A stretch of DNA of 64,000 nt, from positions 62,161 to 126,160 of the forward strand of contig MFRA01000001.1 in NCBI GenBank assembly GCA_001783215.1, written 5' to 3'. The notes below the pieces were generated by a model, which saw only the letters and a program-made list of their open reading frames with translations, was not told where the DNA came from and did not search any database. This DNA comes from Candidatus Magasanikbacteria bacterium RIFOXYD1_FULL_40_23 (lineage in GTDB: Bacteria; Patescibacteriota; Patescibacteriia; Magasanikbacterales; GWA2-37-8). Made by a program: the position numbers and the translations under genes. Below are positions 57,302 through 64,000 of this stretch, one piece after another (the stretch's first letter is position 1; each line of letters begins with the position of its first letter).

Positions 57302-58345
57302 ATGTTTGAAGGATTGCTAGAAAAATTTAGAAAAGATATCGGAATTGATTTGGGTACTGCCAATACTCTTGTGTATGTAAAAGGTAGAGGAATTGTGATT
57401 AATGAACCAAGTGTAGTTGCTGTAAATACTAAAACCGAACAAATCTTGGCAGTTGGCAACGAAGCCAAAGAAATGTTGGGTAAAACTCCTCCGCATATTC
57501 TTACCACTCGTCCACTTATCAGCGGTATTATTTCCGACTTTGAAGTTACCGAAAAAATGCTTAAATACTTTATTGATAAAGTTTATGAAAATAACATGAA
57601 CTTCATGACTCGCCCTAGAGTAGTGGTGGGCGCTCCGATGGAAATTACCGAAGTAGAGTTAAAAGCTATTAATGATGCGGCTACCAATGCCGGCGCGCGC
57701 GAAGTAATAGTTGTGCAAGAGCCTATGGCCGCTGCAATTGGCGCCCGTATGCCTATTCGTGAACCGATAGGCAATTTTATTGTAGAAATTGGCGGAGGTA
57801 CGGCCGAAATTGCAGTTATATCGCTTAGTGGTATCGTTACTTGGCGCTCTATTCCGGTAGCCGGAGACGAGTTAAATCGAAATATTATTCAGTATGCCCG
57901 AGATAATTTTAATTTGTTATTAGGTGAAAAACAGGCCGAAGAAATAAAAATTAAAATTGGATCTGCGATAGAGTTAAACGAACCCATGCAATTTCCAATG
58001 CGTGGCCGAGATTTGGTCTCTGGTTTGCCAAAAGAAGTTATGATTGTAGATCAACAGGTAAGAGAGGCGATTAGCAAATCACTACGAGCAATTATAGAAA
58101 ATATAAAAGGAGTGCTCGAAATTACACCGCCGGAATTGGTGGCCGATATTCATGAACGAGGCATCGTGCTTTCTGGTGGCGGAGCGCTGTTGCGTGGTTT
58201 TGATCAACTTATTACTAGAGCGGTAGAGATTCCGGTGCGTATTGCCGACGATCCGCTTACTTCGGTTGTGCGTGGTACGGGTATACTCCTAGACGAGGCA
58301 GAACTTTTAAACGAAATATCCGTTAAGAATCCAAATAGACAGTAA
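57302..58345 (+). CDS. mreB: Rod shape-determining protein MreB
   Basis: IGIDLGTANT, EPMAAAIGA, SGGGALL. Confidence 0.96.
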   Translation: MFEGLLEKFRKDIGIDLGTANTLVYVKGRGIVINEPSVVAVNTKTEQILAVGNEAKEMLGKTPPHILTTRPLISGIISDFEVTEKMLKYFIDKVYENNMNFMTRPRVVVGAPMEITEVELKAINDAATNAGAREVIVVQEPMAAAIGARMPIREPIGNFIVEIGGGTAEIAVISLSGIVTWRSIPVAGDELNRNIIQYARDNFNLLLGEKQAEEIKIKIGSAIELNEPMQFPMRGRDLVSGLPKEVMIVDQQVREAISKSLRAIIENIKGVLEITPPELVADIHERGIVLSGGGALLRGFDQLITRAVEIPVRIADDPLTSVVRGTGILLDEAELLNEISVKNPNRQ

Positions 58346-58357
58346 TTTTTCCGGCCT

Positions 58358-59158
58358 ATGCTTCGTTTTAAAGCAAAAAACTATTTCTTCTTGGGTTTTG
58401 TTTTGGCTTTGATTATTATTTTTCATTATTTAGGTTGGTTAAACTTCTTGGAAAGGGGAGCGCGATCAATAATTGTTCCCATCTCTTCCAAAATTACTCA
58501 TTGGCGATTATCTTCGCAAGATTCTTATGATTATTTTTCTAACAAAGAAGAAGTGGTAAGTAATTACACCAAGTGTCTTGAAAAAAATCAAAACTTTGAA
58601 GTGGCTGACGCTAAACTAAAAAATTTGGAACAAGAAAATATTGAATTAAAAAAACAATTAAATTTTCTTCGCAGTCATAATTTTAAGAATGTTACGGCCG
58701 AAGTGGTGGGAAGAAATACAGATAGCGTAGAAAAAATGATTATCATAAGCGCGGGCGAAACTTCTGGAATAAAATTGAATCAGCCTGTTGTGGTAGGTGA
58801 TGGAATATTGGTTGGCACTATTGCCAAGGTAGAGAAAAATATTTCTATGGTTCGGCTTATAAACGATAACCAAAGTAAAATTGCAGCTACACTGCTAAAC
58901 AAAGATGGAAGTTTGGGTGTGGTAGAAGGCGGTTACGGACTTAGTATAAAGATGAATTTTATCCCTAGAAATGAAACTGTGCTTATCGGTGATCAGATAA
59001 TTACGTCTGGAATGGAACAAACCATACCGCGCGGATTGCTCATTGGAGAAGTGGCTATTGCCGAAAACGAAGCCTATCAGCCGTTTCAGCAAGCGGTTCT
59101 GACTGCCAGCACAGATCTTTCCAAACTATTTATTGTGAGTGTTTTAGTTTCTAACTAG
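58358..59158 (+). CDS. mreC: Rod shape-determining protein MreC
   Basis: TM, coiled coil, GDQIITSG..PRGLLIG. Confidence 0.92.
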   Translation: MLRFKAKNYFFLGFVLALIIIFHYLGWLNFLERGARSIIVPISSKITHWRLSSQDSYDYFSNKEEVVSNYTKCLEKNQNFEVADAKLKNLEQENIELKKQLNFLRSHNFKNVTAEVVGRNTDSVEKMIIISAGETSGIKLNQPVVVGDGILVGTIAKVEKNISMVRLINDNQSKIAATLLNKDGSLGVVEGGYGLSIKMNFIPRNETVLIGDQIITSGMEQTIPRGLLIGEVAIAENEAYQPFQQAVLTASTDLSKLFIVSVLVSN

Positions 59159-59165
59159 CGATTGT

Positions 59166-59708
59166 ATGCAAACACTTTGGAAAATAATAATGTTTTTTTT
59201 GTCTATTTTCCTTATATTAGCCGCTCATATTTTTGTTGTTAATTTTTTGCCATTTCCTTTTAGCCATATAAACATCATCTTTTCTCTCTCTTTACTTATT
59301 TTAACTATATCTCCAAGTAGTAGGGTGCTGTGGCTGGCTCTTATTACCTCTTATGTTTCCGAGTTGTTTAGCAGCATACCTTTTGGTATTGGTACGGCAG
59401 CTCTTTTTATTAGCCTGCTTATTATAAATTGGTTTCAGTTAAATATCCTCACTAACCGTTCGGTTTATATGATATTTCTTTCTGCTATTTTGGGCATATC
59501 TTTATATCGGGCTTTGTTTGTATTGCTGCTTACTGTAAATAATTATTTTTATAGTTTAGCCCCGCTTCCTTACAGAGAGATTTTGGCGGACGCAGGTTGG
59601 GAAGTGCTACTATCTTCTTTACTGTTGTTTTTCTTGTATCTGTTAGATGTTAAATTCTTAAGACATTTTCGTTCGTCTTCTTCAAAAAGTATACGCATGT
59701 ATGGTTAA
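59166..59708 (+). CDS. mreD: MreD-like membrane protein
   Basis: Multi-TM; lies between mreC and mrdA. Confidence 0.7.
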   Translation: MQTLWKIIMFFLSIFLILAAHIFVVNFLPFPFSHINIIFSLSLLILTISPSSRVLWLALITSYVSELFSSIPFGIGTAALFISLLIINWFQLNILTNRSVYMIFLSAILGISLYRALFVLLLTVNNYFYSLAPLPYREILADAGWEVLLSSLLLFFLYLLDVKFLRHFRSSSSKSIRMYG

Positions 59709-61671
59709 ACTATTTGATATTTCCGAAGATAAAATTCAGCGAGGGGATTTGGAAGGCAAATATAGCCACGAATGGGTGGAGGAGTCTTTTAATTTTGAAA
59801 GCCATACTGGCAAACAAATACCATTATCACATACTAGAACATATTTAGGTACCAGTATTTCCAAGAAAAATATCTTGATTATGACGCTCGTTGTAATGAC
59901 TGGATTAGCTGTGTTGTTTGGTAAAACTTTTTATTTACAGATAATAAAAGGCGGATATTACCGTGATTTGGCAGAAGGAAATAGAATTCGTTTGCGACCC
60001 ATACTTTCGGAACGGGGGATTATCTACGACAGATTTCATACAGAATTGGTAGAAAACGTGCCAAATTTTTCTCTTGCGCTTATTCCGCAAGATTTGCCGC
60101 GCAATGCCGGAAAAAGAGATGCGGTTTTAGAAAAGGTGGTCGCGCTGAGCGGGGTAAATAAGAGTCAGATAGTAGATTTATTAAAAAAATATAGCTCATA
60201 TAGCTACGCCTCTTTGGTTATAAAAGAAAATTTAGATTACGATTCGGCTTTGAAATTATATATCCAAAGTTCTTTTTTACCGGGTATTTCTATTGAAAAA
60301 GGAAGTAAAAGAAAATATATAGCTAGCGCAAATGCTTCAAGCAGTAGCTTAAGTGTTTCTCATCTGTTGGGTTATTTGGGCAAATTAAACGATCAAGAAA
60401 TAGCTCAGTTAAAAGACAAGGAAGAATATTTACCGTTTGATAATATCGGAAAAACAGGTTTAGAAAAAATCTATGAAGCTTCATTGCGCGGAGAATACGG
60501 CTTGAAAAAAGTAGAAGTAAATGCGATTGGTCAGGAGCAGAGTATTTTGGCAGAAGATCCGCCGCGTCCTGGCAGTAATTTAATTTTAACGTTAGATTTG
60601 GAAGCTCAAAAAAAATTAGAGGAGCTGACAAAAAACATGTTAGTGAAACTTGGTAAAAAACGGGCGGCGGCAATTGCTATGGATCCGCGAGATGGTTCTA
60701 TTTTGGCAATGGTAAGTTTGCCAGCGTTTAATAATAATGAATTTTCCGGAGGCATCTCTCAACAAGCATATAGTGAATATACAAACAATCCGGACCACCC
60801 GTTATTTAACAGGTCTATTGGCGGAACATATCCATCCGGATCGGTCGTAAAGCTGGTTGTAGCAGCAGCCGCTTTGGAAGAAAAAATAATTACTCCCGTT
60901 ACTGCTTTTTTGAGTACAGGTGGGTTGCAGATAGGCGATAGAATGTTTAGAGATTGGAAGTTGGGTGGTCACGGTAGTACTAATGTAACCAGAGGCATAG
61001 CCTGGTCGGTAAATACTTTTTTTTATTATGTTGGTGGTGGTTATAAAAATTTTGTCGGCTTGGGGGTAGACAGAATAATTAAGTATATGGCTTTCTTTAA
61101 TATTGGTAAAAAAACCGATATAGATTTAACCGGAGAAGCCTCGGGGTTTTTGCCAAGCAAAGACTGGAAATTCAAAACAAAGGGGGAGCAGTGGTATGTT
61201 GGTGATACGTATAACCTTTCTATTGGTCAGGGGGATTTGTTAGTTACGCCTTTGCAGGTAGCAGTTTGGACAGCGGCCGTAGCCAATGGTGGTAGTGTAG
61301 TACAGCCGCATTTGGGCATGCATTTAGAAGAACCGGTAACTCATAACAAACTACCTCTAAATTTTAAAAAAACTAGCGTGCCAGTGTCTGCAGTAAATCT
61401 GGCCACGGTACGCCTAGGGATGAAAGAATGCGTGGTTTATGGAAGTTGCCAAATTATGAAAGGCTTGCCTTTTTCTAGTGGTGGCAAGACAGGGACAGCC
61501 CAGTGGAATGCCAACAAAGATAACCACGCCTGGTTTACCTCCTTTGCTCCATATGACAACCCTCAAATAGTGGTGGCCATTCTGGTAGAAGAAGGGGAAG
61601 AGGGTAGTACAGCCGCCCAGCCAATTGCTAGGGATTTTCTGCTTTGGTGGGGCAAAAAGTACCTAGATTAG
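59701..61671 (+). CDS. mrdA: Penicillin-binding protein 2
   Basis: RGIIYDR, SVVK, SVN and KTGTAQ transpeptidase motifs. Confidence 0.93.
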   Translation: MVKLFDISEDKIQRGDLEGKYSHEWVEESFNFESHTGKQIPLSHTRTYLGTSISKKNILIMTLVVMTGLAVLFGKTFYLQIIKGGYYRDLAEGNRIRLRPILSERGIIYDRFHTELVENVPNFSLALIPQDLPRNAGKRDAVLEKVVALSGVNKSQIVDLLKKYSSYSYASLVIKENLDYDSALKLYIQSSFLPGISIEKGSKRKYIASANASSSSLSVSHLLGYLGKLNDQEIAQLKDKEEYLPFDNIGKTGLEKIYEASLRGEYGLKKVEVNAIGQEQSILAEDPPRPGSNLILTLDLEAQKKLEELTKNMLVKLGKKRAAAIAMDPRDGSILAMVSLPAFNNNEFSGGISQQAYSEYTNNPDHPLFNRSIGGTYPSGSVVKLVVAAAALEEKIITPVTAFLSTGGLQIGDRMFRDWKLGGHGSTNVTRGIAWSVNTFFYYVGGGYKNFVGLGVDRIIKYMAFFNIGKKTDIDLTGEASGFLPSKDWKFKTKGEQWYVGDTYNLSIGQGDLLVTPLQVAVWTAAVANGGSVVQPHLGMHLEEPVTHNKLPLNFKKTSVPVSAVNLATVRLGMKECVVYGSCQIMKGLPFSSGGKTGTAQWNANKDNHAWFTSFAPYDNPQIVVAILVEEGEEGSTAAQPIARDFLLWWGKKYLD

Positions 61672-61769
61672 TATTTTGATTTTTTTTGCTGTTATGATAT
61701 ACTTTTTCTATGCCTTTATGGCTATTTTTTACCAGTTTACTCATTAATTAAACTTACAAAAGTTATTGT

Positions 61770-62240
61770 ATGTCCGATGAAAATACTCAGTATCTTACAG
61801 CTCAAGGATTAGCAGATTTACAAAAAGAATTTAATTTTTTAAAAGACACCAAAATACCGGATATTGCCAATCGTATAGATGAAGCCAAGCAGCACGGTGA
61901 TTTATCCGAAAATGCTGAGTATCATCAAGCCAAAGAAGAGATGGCTTGGGCGCAGGGAAGAAAGCAAGAAGTGCAATATATTTTGGATAATGCCGAAATA
62001 ATGAATGTTGGCAGCCAAGTTGCAGGTTCTATTTCTGTTGGCAGTACTATTACTGTAAAAACAAACGACAAAACAAAATCTTATACAATTGTAGGTCCTC
62101 AGGAAGCAGATCCAATGGAAGGCAAAATTTCCAATGAATCTCCGATGGGCGGAGCGTTTATTGGTCATAAAGTCGGTGATAAAGTAACGGTACGAACTCC
62201 GGCAGGGCAGCAAACCTATGAAATTTTAGAAGTGAAGTAA
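61770..62240 (+). CDS. greA: Transcription elongation factor GreA
   Basis: HGDLSENAEY, ISNESPMG. Confidence 0.96.
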   Translation: MSDENTQYLTAQGLADLQKEFNFLKDTKIPDIANRIDEAKQHGDLSENAEYHQAKEEMAWAQGRKQEVQYILDNAEIMNVGSQVAGSISVGSTITVKTNDKTKSYTIVGPQEADPMEGKISNESPMGGAFIGHKVGDKVTVRTPAGQQTYEILEVK

Positions 62241-62256
62241 CTAAATACCACATAAT

Positions 62257-63720
62257 ATGTCAGACGAAATTCGGGAGGATAAAGTTAGATTAGAAAGATT
62301 GGAATTTTTGCGTTCAAATGGTGTTAATCCGTATCCAAGCCATACCGAAGAGAGAATTTCTGTCGCTGAAGCTTTGTCTAAACCAGAAACAACTAGTGTA
62401 AAAATTGCCGGTCGTCTTGTGGCCAAAAGAGAAATGGGCAAGATCAGTTTTTCGCATATAAAAGACGCCAGTGGCAAAATGCAGATTGCTTTTTCCGAAA
62501 AAGAATTGGGCAAAGATAGTTATAAATTATTTATAAAATATTTTGATTTAGGAGATTTTTTGCATGTAGAAGGCGAACTTTTTATTACCCACAAAGGTGA
62601 GCTCACTGTTTTGGTAAAAAAATACGACTTATTAAGCAAAGCCTTGCTTCCGCTTCCAGAGAAGTTCCACGGTTTAAATGATATAGAAACCAGATATCGC
62701 CAAAGATATTTGGATCTGATTGCCAATGATGAATCTATGCGAATTGCCAAAATTCGCAGTTTGATTGTGCGAGAAATTCGAAACTATTTTGATAGTAAAG
62801 GCTTCTTTGAAGTAGAAACACCGGTATTGCAAACTTTGTATGGTGGGGCACTAGCTAAACCATTTACCACCCATCACAATGCTTTGGATATTCCTTTGTA
62901 TTTACGCGTAGCCCCCGAACTATATCTAAAACGGCTTATTGTCGGTGGGTTTGAAAAAGTATACGAAATAGCTAAATGCTTCCGAAACGAAGGTATAGAC
63001 AACAACCACAATCCAGAATTTACCCAGGTGGAATTTTATTGGGCATATGCCAACTACCAAGACCTTATGGATTTGGTAGAAGATTTATTGCCAAAAATAA
63101 TTACTACCGCTGGTTTGCCACTCAAATTTAAAGTAGGCGAAGACGAAGTAGACTTTACACCACCTTATCCCCGCAAAACTATGCGAGCGTTGATTAAAGA
63201 ATATGCCAAAATAGATATAGAGGAATTTCCAGACCAAAAATCTCTGTATGCAAAAATTAAAGATTTACATATTGATGGCGTAGATGCTAGTACCGGTTAT
63301 GGCAAAATGGTAGACGAAATATACAAAACATATGCCAGACCAAAAATTATCAATCCTGTTTTCATGACAGATCATCCGGTAGAGCTTTCTCCGTTAGCCA
63401 AAAGAAAAACCGACGATCCAAGATATGTAGAACGTCTACAGTTGGTTTGCGTTGGCGGAAACGAGCTTTGCAACGGCTTCTCCGAACTTAACGACCCGAT
63501 AGATCAAGAATCAAGATTTAAAGAACAAGAAAGATTGTCTGAAGCAGGGGATGAAGAGAGCATGCCATATGATGAAGATTTTGTAACTGCTCTCAAACAT
63601 GGTATGCCGCCAACAGCTGGTCTTGGTATGGGCATAGATAGACTAATTAAGCTTCTGCTTGATACTCAAAATTTAAAAGAAGTAATACTATTTCCAACGC
63701 TAAAACCGGAGAATAATTAG
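62257..63720 (+). CDS. lysS: Lysine--tRNA ligase (class II)
   Basis: RYRQRYLDL, APELYLKRL, FRNEG, HNPEFT, GMPPTAGLGMGIDRL. Confidence 0.97.
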   Translation: MSDEIREDKVRLERLEFLRSNGVNPYPSHTEERISVAEALSKPETTSVKIAGRLVAKREMGKISFSHIKDASGKMQIAFSEKELGKDSYKLFIKYFDLGDFLHVEGELFITHKGELTVLVKKYDLLSKALLPLPEKFHGLNDIETRYRQRYLDLIANDESMRIAKIRSLIVREIRNYFDSKGFFEVETPVLQTLYGGALAKPFTTHHNALDIPLYLRVAPELYLKRLIVGGFEKVYEIAKCFRNEGIDNNHNPEFTQVEFYWAYANYQDLMDLVEDLLPKIITTAGLPLKFKVGEDEVDFTPPYPRKTMRALIKEYAKIDIEEFPDQKSLYAKIKDLHIDGVDASTGYGKMVDEIYKTYARPKIINPVFMTDHPVELSPLAKRKTDDPRYVERLQLVCVGGNELCNGFSELNDPIDQESRFKEQERLSEAGDEESMPYDEDFVTALKHGMPPTAGLGMGIDRLIKLLLDTQNLKEVILFPTLKPENN

Positions 63721-63721
63721 T

Positions 63722-64000
63722 ATGTCAAAAAAAGTTTTAGTTTTTGGCACTTTTGATATAGTTCATGCCGGGCATATTCATATGCTAAACGAAGCCAAAG
63801 ATTATGGCGATTATCTTACGGTAATAGTTTCTAGGGATGACACAGCTGCTCAAGTAAAAGGGAATGCACCTATATATGGTGAAAACGATCGTGTAGAGGC
63901 TGTTAAAGCTTTAAGTATCGCCGATAAAGTAAGGTTGGGCAATTTGGGAGAAGATAAGTATCAGGTAATAAGGGAAGAAGATCCGGATATTATCGGTTTG
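63722..64000 (+). CDS. Cytidylyltransferase-family protein (RibL-like FAD synthase), 3'-truncated
   Basis: MSKKVLVFGTFDIVHAGH HxGH motif; runs off the window. Confidence 0.8.
   Translation, partial: MSKKVLVFGTFDIVHAGHIHMLNEAKDYGDYLTVIVSRDDTAAQVKGNAPIYGENDRVEAVKALSIADKVRLGNLGEDKYQVIREEDPDIIGL

Overview
AT-rich bacterial chromosome segment. The gene set and style point to a Patescibacteria/CPR (Parcubacteria-like) genome; this is inferred from the short AlaRS, RpoA lacking its CTD, a T4CP/HerA-like ATPase, a CxxC-x17-CxxC protein and mostly SD-less core genes. Almost all recognisable genes are on the + strand: mnmA, alaS, infA-rpmJ-rpsM-rpsK-rpsD-rpoA-rplQ-rplM-rpsI, glycosylation genes, the F1Fo atp operon, a UvrD-nuclease, mreBCD-mrdA, greA and lysS. 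The most unusual signal is a set of about nine orphan single-gene units on the - strand (29.6-30.5 kb, 36.1-39.7 kb, 50.1-50.4 kb). Each has an AT-rich near-consensus sigma70 promoter, a Shine-Dalgarno site and usually a terminator-like hairpin, and several have a GC-rich transcribed body. Three share a covarying 5' leader hairpin. Three GC-rich, highly structured, apparently non-coding RNAs (about 450, 95 and 520 nt) flank mnmA. Other notable items are a small antisense RNA on the 3' end of an NYN nuclease gene, an unannotated 44-aa Cys-rich peptide, a 4-gene island bounded by a 271-bp duplication of the atp promoter/atpI, a lipase followed by paralogous membrane genes, and two families of intergenic palindromic repeats. 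All protein and RNA identifications are by-eye motif recognition, with no database searches.
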